A stretch of DNA of 63,998 nt, filler included, from Dimargaris cristalligena (GCA_003614675.1; 5 parts of 5 records of this genome joined end to end with filler, not necessarily neighbours in it), one strand, 5' to 3'. Positions 26,698 to 39,082 are shown, counted from the whole stretch's first letter. Notes: generated from the sequence alone by a model not told the origin. A program made the numbers and translations.

Positions 26698-29128
26698 ACC
26701 AATAAACCCAGTTTTAATATAAATTATTTATTTGGCATTATCTCTATTGACTGATTGAAAAACAGTCATCACAATGCCTCTCTGGCCAGTAGGGCTAAAG
26801 ACAAAGATAAAGACCAATGATTACATGCTGGTCATGTACTATAGGAATGTTGGATTAAGGTACTTCCTGGTATACTGGATGAATGGCTGACCTTAAAAAT
26901 CAAGCTATTTTATTAACATTTTATATCATTTATTATAGACCTATAAGGCCTGAGCTCAGGATTCAATATGCCTAGTACAAATGGTTGAGGATAATCACAA
27001 TGGTGCCAATTAAACCAACAATGTATTCATGGGATTATATATCCAAAGAGTTGCCTGCAAGAAGATTATATAGCTTCCAGAGGTAAAATGCTGTTGGACT
27101 CCAGCCTCAACCTACAAGACTAGAGGAAGCAAGCTGGAGTGGGTTACTTCTATTTCAACATGGTCTACAGACATGTAAATTATTTACCTGCCGGTATCTG
27201 AGAAAATGCTTACCGAGTTAGAAGGGGCTGTTCTTGATACTAATGCCACCATGTTGATTGAACTGGTAGGGCGGGGGAATGGGCATCACGCGAATAAATT
27301 TGATGAATCATCAGGATCTTTTGCGCAAATTACTTATAAAATTCAGCAATTAATGACTAAAATTATAGCTATGAAACGCATACAGAAATCAGCAATATAC
27401 TCCGAAGGATATTTTGTTGAAACCCCTGATGAATGATTCAATTTACCAATAACCTATATTTGTCCACAGTGATCCATATTGAGCTGCCCAGCTGGATATG
27501 ACCTCGGAGAACCCCAAATAAGTTCATCGGAAAATATCATAGATTAAAAATCGGAATATTTACTGAGAAGCGGTGGACTCAAAACTGTCAACGGGGGGGG
27601 GGGTCCATTCGGCTAATTATATATGAGCAGCAAAAGCCGCCTATGAAACTACATGCACAACAAAATAAAGGGCGATTTGGGGATACGAATAATTTAGCCA
27701 GTCAATACAGCTACTTTAACAGCCAATTACTGGGAATGTCCAACCGCCTATAGGTGGAGGCGACTAATGTACCGCTGGCTGGCACCTCAAGTGTTACATT
27801 ATTAGGATGCCTAGTATAGCAACCATGTGCGGTTTCTTCCACCATACGGCGAATCAACCCAAGTGTCTATATCATAATTAGGTCGAAGGTGCGTATAGAA
27901 AAATCTATACAAACAAAACCGATGTTTGTTGATTCCCCTGCGATTAGTGCGGCCGTAAATTGACAGCCGCCCACCTGTTCTTAAAATTGCAGACTGCCAC
28001 TAATTGTAAGTCCGGGATCCGAAAAAAGGAATATTTAACAATACAACCCCAGTTCACGCGCAGCTGTGCTGTGAGGATAGGCGGTGGAATATTGCCACTC
28101 GCGCTACGAATGCCTGAAGATCTTTCATTAGCCGTATCGAACATTGAACGGTTATTCCAAGCATGGTTTCACAATAGTGGTATGTCTCGCTAAGCCTGCT
28201 CTTTAGAAAGTAAGATGGATGTAATAAGTAAATGTAGTATGTAAGACCATAAGCCCTTCTCTGTGCACCACCGTTGGGTGGTCACAGAGTAGCCAAAATG
28301 ACCAGTGATGAAGGGGCTTAACCAACGGAAACCTCGACGGCATTTTGGATGAATTTGTGAGGGCGAAATACTTGCCTACCGTCAAAGAAAAGGGACGATG
28401 GTCAACTTTTGATCAACACTTACAGTTAAAAATTGACAAGATCCAAAGCTATGAATGGGCCATCAAAAGTATAACTTTGCTGGTTGGGAATTCTAGTTTA
28501 GCAACGCAAGATGGAGCCAATATTCTATCGAATAATTCATTTGGGATATGTCTTATACAGTCCATCGCTTGGTACGGTAGCCGTTAGTAGTCAGCCCACA
28601 CAACCAAGCAAAGGTAAACCAACTGGATATTAGCCCAAACTGTCCCATTTCCAAAGTATTACCTCCCCCAACCCCCCCGTTTTCCAACTCTGTTGCGATA
28701 CAGTCGTATTTTGCCATTTTGTGCAACAATTTAGGCTTATCTGAATGAGTTTGTATCCCCTCCCCCAACTCCACTCTACGGAGGGGATTTCCAAGTGCTA
28801 TTTCCACCCATCCACTCGACTTTCTATTAGTCAAATACAGGCGACAGACCGACCTCCCATTAGACATGTCTGCAATTGGGAGCCCACCATGCCCAGACAA
28901 TTGATATACCTCATCCATCTTTGACCCAATACTAATTATATATAAATATATATATCACCCCTCGGCCCTTGGCCCCTAATTGGCATATACTTTCGCTGTG
29001 ATTTTACCCGTTTCGATATTCTTCATATTTTTTTCGCCTAAAGGGTCATCGTTTTCGGCACTCCTTGTCTGAATAGCTAAATTGTCTACACAGCCCCATT
29101 CCCCGCCGACTTACCCTCCACTTTTACA

Positions 29129-31029
29129 ATGAAATTTCCTTTACTTTATCTAGGGACCGCTATTTTTCTAGTAGTTTATAGCCAAGGGCACCCTGCTGGT
29201 ACGAACCACCTGTGGAAACTGTTAGAGCGCTGTAGCTTGAAAAGTAGGAAACAAACGTCATATTCTTCGAATATTGACTGCACCTATAATGATGATCCGC
29301 AGGCTATCCCAACCAAGCTCAAAAGACTTGTCGGACGTTTGAAACCGAAGGGGTCCAAACGTGAAGCGCCCAAGGCCGCATCAGAAGAAAAACAGGACCT
29401 ATCGTCAGTGGGGGCCAAGGTCACACCCGAACCGAGCCTACACGAGTCGATATCAGTTGGTGAAGTGGACTCGCAGTCGACCAAACCTAAAGACTACATA
29501 AGCAACATCCCCACCGAATTACAATTCTGTATTATGAATTATCTTACAATCGAGGAACAGGCTAGGTATACTAGCTTGTCGCGTAATCTACGGCCACTGT
29601 TCCAGGAGACTCTTAACAACTTAAGAAAAAAGGTAAGTAGAAAACATTTTATATCGGGGGTTGATTGGTGGCTCAGCTTCTGATATAAGTGACTACTGTA
29701 TCCCCCTCCCTACTCAGCTAGATTTATTCACTGTTTGTCGTAAATTGACCAGTGTCTGGCTATATTGTCAATAAGACCTGTGTATTCCCGCCTAAGTCAC
29801 TATAATTAATTTTGGCCAGTGATGCATAAATCTATTATTTACTTATACATCTTGTTGATAATATCCGGTATACTTATTGCCCTCATTAGATCAAACCCGT
29901 ATTAGACGGCATTAATGAGCGAGTGGGTTCAACTCCAGGAAAACCATTACAAGGTCCCAACCAATACTCCCAGGCCCTGCGCACGCCTTTGCTGACTAGT
30001 ATGGCCTTTTTTATCTATCAGAAGGTGTCGCAAACCGAACCCAATGATTCTGGCCACCCTGGGAATAACCTTGATTGGGTGGATTATTCTAAACTCAGCG
30101 AACGTCAACGTATACTCGCATTCCCATTCGTCGAAGGGCTTTATGCTGCATCAGCTATCTCGTGGGGCCGTGCCATGGCCAACCTGCTAGCCGGTGAGTA
30201 TCTTAAAGAACAGGGCACTTGGGCAATATCCGCCGGAACTGAAGCGCAGGCGAATCAGATTAGGGGTTATAATCGCTCTAGCCGTTACCCCCTCGAGAAT
30301 GAAATTGTCATTGCTACCGTTATCAATTCCATGCTTTTAGCCGTTGGGCAGGCGTTTCGCCGCGGGGACTACGACACCATCGATACTGCTTTAGCAGCTT
30401 TTTGGGAAGCCACCTCGTCGGTCCCTAGACCAGACCTAAGCAATATCCGGTATAGAAATGTCAAAAACCACGTCCATCACTCCCTGTGCCGATTCTTGGT
30501 GTACCTTTCGGTTCAGACCGGCGACTCTAATATTCACAGCCGCTATATAGATTTTTTGAACAAATTCCACTCGAGTGCGTCGGGCCAGAGTCGATCCGTA
30601 AATAGCATACTGTTCTTTAATACTTCTGGAGAGTGGACGGAGGACCAGCAAGAGCTTGCGGATTTCAGGGAGGATTCCAACCCAAGCGAAGATACATTGT
30701 TTTCCCTCGAAACCATCTACCCTACCAATTTTCTTAATTTTTACAACCATGAAACTATCCTCGTACGCGTCGACTCCGCGTCCTGGTCTACTACCGAGTT
30801 AGGAAAAATGCCGAAGTATACTTTGCCCATAGATTCCTCCTCCGACAATTTTTTTTACCTATTTTTGCATAATGTTAAGTTGGGTGGTGAACCTCTAGAC
30901 CACGACAACATGATCGGCCTATCTTGGATGCAAGAAGCTTTAGAGAACACACCCACTAACTTTATTCCGTCACTTGAGAGTATCCACCGGCCCATTACAT
31001 TACCTGATTCCACCCACTGGTCCGATTAG
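29129..31029 (+). CDS. Secreted F-box-like protein, copy 1 (exons 29129-29632, 29890-31029; ~547 aa)
   Basis: Signal-peptide-like MKFPLLYLGTAIFLVVYSQG|HP; F-box-like ISNIPTELQFCIMNYLTIEEQARYTSLSRNLRPL; phase-0 GTAAGT...CATTAG intron joins in frame to the 29923 ORF. Confidence 0.75.
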
Positions 31030-31448
31030 TTAACCAGATTATTATTTATCATGCTGATTTCCACATGGGCAATGGCAGTAACCCAGGTTCTAATATTTGT
31101 TAGAAATATAGATTAGATGGTAAACACAAGTGCCTTTGGATAAAACTAAAATGATTTAGAGAAGAGAGAAAGAACCATGAGGGGCAAGGCTAGATGCCCG
31201 TAGTTGGTTTTATTGAGTTGGATAATAGCAGTAATAATGATTAGGACAAAGTCCTGGGTATAGTATGATATAGTAATGGCTAGAATATAGTCCTGAGTAT
31301 AGGATGAGCTAATTATAGAGATGGAATTAGTGGGATGGGGAAAATGAATTTCTAATAATATTTTGGACAGACCAATAGGCTAATAACAATTTTTCAATAT
31401 CTGTTTGACTCTATGATTATCATAAAATACATTTTCCTATCTTCTGTG

Positions 31449-32030
31449 TATTGCCTGGGTTAACCACTCTTAGTCTGTCAAGAGACTCAGGGATAGGCTT
31501 CTAATAGTAGGTAGGGCTTAGGCTTGGCCAAGTAAGCTACTAGCATTAGGTATGGGGTATGGTACTAACTAATAAAGGCTAAAGTAGGGATATATAAGGG
31601 ATATTCAGCAGACATACTTACTAATCAGTGTAAGGGGGAGTGAGTATATATAGAGTTTATTAGGGGTAAACTAAGGGGTAGGAATAAGCTGGGGAATCTA
31701 ACCAGTCCTAATGGGGCCTGATTATATATACATAGGGACAACTCCAGAGGGAGGTCTTAAGGGAAGGCTACTACTAAGACTAAGGTATAGACAAATAGGC
31801 TGACTAAATGGTCACTGGTACCTGGAAGACTCTGATGGTAATCAGAAGAATCTTTGGATCAGTACTTAAGTGATTAATATAAAGAGTTGGAGTCCAGAAG
31901 GGGAAGGGTTATGATATAGGGTGATCCTATAGTACCAGGGGTGACTATAGGAAGGTTAATATAGTACTTTAAGGCCTTATATAGTCAGATACTAAGCCAA
32001 CCAGATTAAGATGGATTAGATAGTCTAATA
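31449..32030 (+). mobile_element. Uninterrupted 582-bp solo-LTR-like family B copy, heavily transition-mutated
   Basis: Termini TATTGCC...GTCTAATA are mutated forms of TGTC(A/G)CC...GTCTGACA seen in other copies; no matching TSD. Confidence 0.8.
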
Positions 32031-33758
32031 AGCTGAAAGACACAAAAAAGAAATCAGTAATATGCCCTGAAGGATATTTCATTAACACCCCTGATGAAGA
32101 ATTCGATTTAGCCAATTACCTATATTAGTCTGCAGTACTCCATATTGGGCTGCTAACCTGTAAATAAACTCAGAAAAACTGGGGTAAGTGAGTCAAAAGG
32201 AATCCTAGAGTCAAAATCGGATTGTTGAATAAGAAGTATTAGATTCAAAAATACCATTTTTTTTCATTTGGCTAATTATTTACGAATAGCAAAAACCGCC
32301 TGCGAAAATATATGCATAGCAAAATAAAGGGCGATTTGGGGTTAGTAATTATTTAGCTGGTGAATTCAGCAACCCTTGCTACCAGCCACTGGTATTGTTA
32401 CACTGCCTATTGTTGGAGATGGTCATTGTGCCGTAGACCGGTACTTCAAATATCATGTTGTTAGGATGTTTTATGTAACCACCGTGTAGAGCTTCCTCAG
32501 ACATGCGGATTAACCATACAATAACATATCCTATAATTCTGCGAAGTGGCGTATGGAAAAACCCTTTGGCAAAAATATATCAATCGGCAAGTCCCCTGTT
32601 GTTAGTGTGATTGGAAATCAGCGAGCGGCTTACCTGCCCAAAATAAGCTAGACTGCCACCAATTGAAAGGGAGGGATTTGAAAAAAAAATATTCAACCAC
32701 ACAACCTTAACGTTCACGTAGCACTATAGTGGGAATAGGCGGTGAAATATCGATAACCACGCTACGAATGATTCACTGTCTCTCATTAGCGGAATCGAAT
32801 ATTGGACCGTTATTCCGAGCCTAGTTTCACAGTGGTAATATGCCTCGCTATGCCTGCTCTTGAGAATAATTAAACATAATACTGTAGTATGCTTGACCAT
32901 CACCCCGTCTCTGTGTCCTACCGCTGGGTGGTCACAAGGTAGCAAAAATGGCCACTCGAGAGGGAGCACGGCCAATAGAAACTCTACCTGCATCGTAAAG
33001 GGTCGGGTGGGACTGTAGCAATTACCTGCCGTTGAAGAGAAAAGGCAATGGTCAACATGTGCCGGATTTATACAGTTAATACTGATGATTGGAGGCAGAG
33101 GAAGAGTAAAAAAAAGTATGCTTTGGCGAATGGGGAATGCTAGCTTAGGGTTACAGAGTGACACTGTCATTCCATCGCATAAATTGTTTAGGGCGTTTTT
33201 TATCGAATCTATCGCATAGTATGGTAGCCGTTGATAGTCAACCCACGCTTCTAAGCTAAGTTAAAACAGCTGTATAATGGCCCGAACTTCCCTAAATCCA
33301 AAGGACCCCTTTCCTCCATTTGTCCACTGTGTTACGATGTGGCCATATGTTTTCCATTTTGCGTAACTATTTTAGTTTTATTCGCATTGGCCCGTATCTC
33401 CTCCCCCAACTCCACTCTACGAATAGTATCCCTGAGTACCATTTTCACACGAAAGTCCGGCTTTTTTTTATCCGAATACACACAGCAGACCGACCTCCCT
33501 CTAGATATACCTGCTTCTGAGAGCCCGCCAAATCTAGTCGATTGATATGCCCCACTTATCTTTGAACCAAAGCGACTATAAATACCCACCTTCCGGCCAT
33601 TAGTCCCAAACCGGCACATATTTTGGTTGTGATAATACCGCTCTTTTACGTTTCATTTTTTCCCGCCTAATTGGGTCTTCATTTTCGATATCCCGTATCT
33701 CAATTGCAACATTGTCTGCAAACTCCCGTTACCCGCTAGCTCAGCCATTTAAATCTCA

Positions 33759-35725
33759 ATGAAACTTTTCGCTCTTCATCTTAGGGAAGTCGGCACTGGG
33801 GTCGCCATCTTTTTGGTGGCCTATAGCCATGGGCACCCTGCCAGCACAGGTCGCATTCGTAAACTGTTAGGGCGTTTTGGATTGACAAGTGAAGAACAGA
33901 CTCCCCAAGCTCCGCGTGTTCACTACACCTACAATGATGTTCCGCTGGCTACACCATCTAAGCTCAAAAGGATTATTGGACGATTAAACCCGAAAAAATC
34001 CCGTAGTAAAGCGCCCATGTCTGCACCAGTAGAAATGCAGGACCTATCGTCACTGGTGGCCAAGGACACACCCGAACCTAGCCTGCAGGAATTGTCACTA
34101 TGTGGTGAAGTGGAATCGCAGTTGACCATATCGAAAGATTACATATGCAATATGCCCGCCGAATTACAGTTTTGTATTATGAACTATCTTACAATCGAGG
34201 AACAGGCTAGGTATACTGGCTTGTCGTGTAAATTACGGCCACTGTTCCTGGAGACTCTTAACAATATGAGAAAAAATGTAAGTTTGAAACATTTCATTTC
34301 AGCATTTAATACATTTCTCAGCTCCCGACAATAGTGACCAATCTACTCCCTCACCTAGATTAGCATTGCCAGTGTTTCTCGTAAATGGACTATTGTATGA
34401 CCACATTCCGAAATCGATTAATCGATTCCCGCCCTAGCCAACACATCTAATTCTAAAGTGCGTTGCTTATATGTCCATTACCCATCAATCTCACTGACAA
34501 TGTCCGCGAAACTTGCTGGCCCCATTAGATCAAATCCGTATTGGGCGATATTAACCAGCGTGCAGGATCAACTCTGAGCGACTCGATCGAAGATTCACGC
34601 CAGTATTTCCGGGTCCTCCGCACACCCTTACAGACTAGCCTGGCTTTTTTCACCAAGCAGAATATACTGGACTTTGAACCCAATGACTCTGGCAACATTG
34701 CTGATGGATTGGTTTGGGTGGATTATTCCAAGCTCGGCGAAACTCAACGTTTATTGGAATTCCCGTTCGTCGAAGGGCTTTGTGTCGGAAATTCTAAGTC
34801 ATGGGGGCGTGCCATGGCCAACCTGCTAAGCGGCGATTATCCTCAAGTATTAGGCACTTGGGCTACCCAATCCGGAACCGATGTACAGAAGAAAATGATT
34901 ACAGCTTACTTTGATGACCACGCTAATGTTTCTGATGACGTTATTGCCATCCCAGCCATAGTGAATTCCATGTTTCTGGCCGTTGGGCAGGCATTTCGTC
35001 GCAGGGACTACAGTGTCATTGATTCAGCTTTAGCAGCTTTTTTGGAAACTGTCACGCCAGCTCAGGGGCCAGTCGTAAGGAGCGCTCGTTATTTTATGGT
35101 CAGAATTGAAGTACATTACCGTCTACACGTATTCTTGACATACTTAGCGACCCAGACTGGTAATGAAAAAAATCGTCTACGCTATGTGGATGCTTTAAAC
35201 AAATTATCCGTTGCATTTTCCAAACAAGAGCGCACCATAATGGAATTACAGGGTGTCGAAGCCGTTGTGGATTGGGCTCAGGACCAACCAGAGCCCACAG
35301 ATTTGGAGGCGATTCCCCACCCACCGACGGAAACATTAGAACGACTCGAAATAATCTACCCTACAAACTTCCTTAACTTTCTAAACCCCAAAACCATACT
35401 TGTACGTGTCGACTCCGTGGCCTGGTCTACTGCTGAGCTAGGGGAACTCCGGGAGTATGGGACATCTGTATCTGTTTCATCAGATAACCGGTTCTACCAA
35501 AAGTTGGATGATATTTGGGAGCCCTCGGCCCATTTGGCCAGAGCTCACAACGAGCTATCTTGGTTGCAGGAAGCTATGGACGCCACGGCTGATAATGCAA
35601 TTCAATTTCCGGAGTATGAGCCTACCAACTTAGCCAACCGTCTAAATGCCCGGCATGCTGATCTTCAGTCCAGCAATATTAATAACTTTGGTAATAGTTT
35701 TATAGATGATATCAATGGGCTCTAG
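33759..35725 (+). CDS. Secreted F-box-like protein, copy 2 (exons 33759-34277, 34529-35725; ~571 aa)
   Basis: Hydrophobic leader ...GVAIFLVAYSHG|HP; ICNMPAELQFCIMNYLTIEEQARYTGLSCKLRPL; same intron position; shares WVDYSKL, SWGRAMANLL, AVGQAFRR and IYPTNFLNF with copy 1. Confidence 0.75.
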
Positions 35726-36939
35726 TATCTTATTTCCGACTTTTAAAAGCGATACTAATTGTATTCAAAGACGTACCGTAGTCTATACAACCACTCTCTC
35801 TCCTTTCCGCCCCGTGTCTGGCACCCAATTTTTTTCTGACCTTCCTTAGCCCATATTTTCAGACTCCTAGTCATTTTTTTTTACAATATTAGCCCAAATT
35901 GCGAATTGATTTATTGGGAAGCTCATGGTTCACCGAGAAAAAGTATTATTGGTGACGAGTTTTAAAACTTTATCATTTACATTCATATCACTACCCCCCC
36001 CCCGCCAATAGATTGATTGCAGCGAATCAATTATTTGATAATCCGGCCCACTCTACTCTTTTAGTATAGTACCTATCAATAAAATTAGTCACAATGTAAG
36101 CCATGTATTTGACATTACTTCTATTATACAATTGAACTAAAGTCACCGCATTGCCTCTTTGACTAGCAGGGCTGAAGACTAAGGGCAATGTCTATATTCT
36201 AGCCAAGTTATATAGAAACACTGGATTAAGGTGTTTTCTATTATGCTAATTCACCGGCTGGTCTTGAAAATCAAGCTATTTAATTCACATTTTCCCTAAT
36301 TATATATAGACCTACAATGTCTAGGTTCGTGATCTAATGTTCCTAGCTCAAGTGGTTGAGGATCTTGCCGATGGTGCGGATCAAATCAACAACATCTTCA
36401 TGGAATTATATATCCAAAGAGTTGACTGAAGGAAAATTATAATAGCTTCTAGAGGTATATCCCTGAATATGAAGTTATTTTAAAACATACCTAGATGGCA
36501 GTCACAGTAGAATACTACTGCTGAACTTCAGCCCCAAGCTACAAGACTAGGGGAAGCGAGTTAGAGTGGGTTTCCTCTATTTCTACATGGTCTACGGACT
36601 TGTAAACTATCTCCCTACCAATATCTGATGAATTGTGGGCCAAGTTAGAAGTGTATATTCTTGATATGGACGCCACTGTGTTTGTTGAGTAGGAGGGGTA
36701 GGAAAATGACCATCTCCCAAACAACATTGATTAATAATTGGTATCTTTTGTACAAATTTATTATAAAATTTGACAATGAGTTCCCTAAAATATAGACAAA
36801 ATACATAATGAGAAATCATTGATATACCTTAAAGAATACATCTTAGATATCTTCAATTAAGGATAATATATAGTGAGTTGCCTACATTAGCCCATAGTAC
36901 TCTGCAATGGGCCACTAACCTAGAACTGGGCTTAGAGAA

Positions 36940-38413
36940 TATTGCCTTGGTTAACCACTCTTAATCCATCAAGAGTCCTGAGGATAGGCTTCTAATAGTA
37001 GGTAGGGCTTAGGCTTAGCTAAGTGGGCTGCTAGAGTTAGGTACAGGCATGGTGTTGGGTCAGTGGTTTGAGGCCCCTCCCTTCTGGGACTAAGGCTGGG
37101 GTTGGACCCCTTGTCCTCCCTGGGGTTGGTAGGGTCAGTGGACATCAGGTTTAGAGGGCTCAAGGTGCCTGGGTGAAACATGGAGAACTCGGGAAATGGT
37201 CCTTTGGCTAATCGGATCAGCTTGGAGCTGTTATCAGAGGTTGAACTGGGGTATGGTGCAAAATGCTCCACACAAAATGATCCTAAACTCCCGTCATCAG
37301 AGTTAGGTGCTGGGGGAGCCACAGTGGCTACATACTGAAAATAAGATAATAAAATTAAGAAAAATGAAAAATTGACTTCCAGTTGAAGTCCTTGGCTGAT
37401 GCTGGGTAACACACTGGGTGAAGTTTAAAATAGATATTTATTCCAAATAATAAAAACTTATCTCAGAGTTAACTTGCTGTTTTAAGGGCCGGCTGGGGGA
37501 ACTATATATATGCAAATTGATACTATGAACTTAGAGCTATACTACTACTTTAAGACATCATTCTCAGATGGACTGATAACTATAAAACCACAAAGGGAAA
37601 AACTGGTTGGGTCTTCAAGTTTGAATACTGTGCAAAAGGGAAAGAAAAGATATATGGGAAAATGGAAGATAAAAATGCCTTGAATCTGCCGGGGCATTTT
37701 TTGAAAGTCGATTATGGAAGAAAAGAATATGGGAAACAGAAGACAAAATTGCCTCGGATCTACCAGGGTGTTCTTGAAGGTAGGATACGGAAGACTTTGA
37801 TGTCACTCACTTGTCCCAGTGTGAGTGCTGTTCACAGCAAAGGCATAACTATGGATCAGGAATATGCAGGCATCATGGGGTGGGGTATGACAACTAGTTA
37901 GTCTAATGGAAAGGGAAAATCATCCTGACCCTTGGCAGTACACATGGTACTAACTAGTAAAGGCTAAGTACAGGTATAAGCAAGGGATATACAGTAGGTA
38001 TACTTACTAGTCAGTAGGGGGAGTGAGTGTATATAGAGTTTATTAGATAAGCAAGGGGTAAGAATAAGCTGAGGAATTAAATTAGTCCCAATGGGGCCCA
38101 GTTATATATATATGGGGGACAACTCCAGAGGGAGGTCCCAAGGGAAGGATACTACTAAGACTAAGGTATAGGTAACTAGGCCAACTGGGTAGCTGCTAGT
38201 ATCTGGAAGACTCTGATGGTAACCAGAAGAGTCTTCAGATTAGCACTTGAGTAATTAGTTTAAAGAGGCGGAGTCCAGAAGGGGAGGGGTTATATGATAT
38301 AGGGTGATCCCATAGTACCAGAGGTGACTATGGGAAGGTTAATATGCTACTATAAGGCCTAATAGGGATAGATACTAAGGTGTCCAGATTAAGGAGGATT
38401 AGATGGTCTGACA
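36940..38413 (+). mobile_element. Family B solo-LTR-like copy interrupted by an 890-bp insertion
   Basis: Starts TATTGCCTTGGTTAACCACTC, ends AGATGGTCTGACA; flanks do not form a TSD. Confidence 0.8.
37053..37942. mobile_element. 890-bp TG...CA insertion (family D) with 5-bp TSD CATGG
   Basis: CATGG at 37048-37052 and 37943-37947; the empty site (TATGG-TACTAACT) is in the 31449 copy. Confidence 0.75.
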
Positions 38414-38797
38414 CTGGTGACCCAGATTAGTAATCTTGAAATCCATGGATACTATATAGATATTATCAATATAAGATACATTGATACAATAGGAAAACTC
38501 CTGGCAAAAGATAATCTACATCATATTAAAAATATTGTGGGTTGGACTTTACCTTAGCTAAAAGTCATGGACTCAGTGGTGATTTCTAGACCATCTGAAG
38601 AAAGATTAAAATTACTTGATACAACTCTCTACTTTATAAACTTTCTTAACTTTGTTTACCCCAAAACCACCCTTGTACATTTAGATTATGCATCCTGGTC
38701 CACCACTGAGTTGGGACAACTCCCCCAGTATAAGTCATCTGTACCTGCATGCCTCAACTTTAAATTTTACTCAAGATTGTTAAAAATGACTACCTGA
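38414..38797 (+). pseudogene. 3' remnant of a third secreted F-box-like paralog
   Basis: INFLNFVYPKTTLVHLDYASWSTTELGQLPQY matches copies 1 and 2 (TNFLNF..ETILVRVDSASWSTTELGKMPKY); 5' part absent; stops upstream. Confidence 0.8.
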
Positions 38798-39082
38798 TTA
38801 AGACCAGTAATTTCTCATGACAATACTATTCTGGAATAGATAAATAAAATAATTAGAAAGAAAGAAGCACAAATAGAAGTTAAGACTTGAAATGAGATTT
38901 TTTAGGTAGATTTCACATCAATTAGAGACTGTTATGTATGGAATGTATGGGGGGAAATAAATCCAAACTCAGGATGAGGTTGTTCTCCAGCAATAGGTTA
39001 TATAGTTTGCAAGTAGGAGTGCCTCAATCTGTGATTAGATAAACTAGAAATAATATTATAGAGAATATTAGGTGAGCCCACT

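Larger units (their letters stand above)
26760..38800 (+). repeat. Three-unit tandem segmental duplication (units ~26760-31100, ~32031-36100, ~36140-38800)
   Basis: Non-coding 26762-27510 aligns with 36141-36939; 27367-29128 aligns with 32031-33758; the coding regions are paralogous. Confidence 0.85.

Noticed and set aside
29715..29775. Block conserved in both F-box gene introns (reads VCRKL / VSRKW), possible microexon
   Set aside because: Candidate exon lengths do not keep the frame in both copies, and the simple intron already joins in frame
36969..37412. 147-aa ORF as a possible gag fragment
   Set aside because: Spans the junction of two nested repeats and shows no gag, protease or integrase motif
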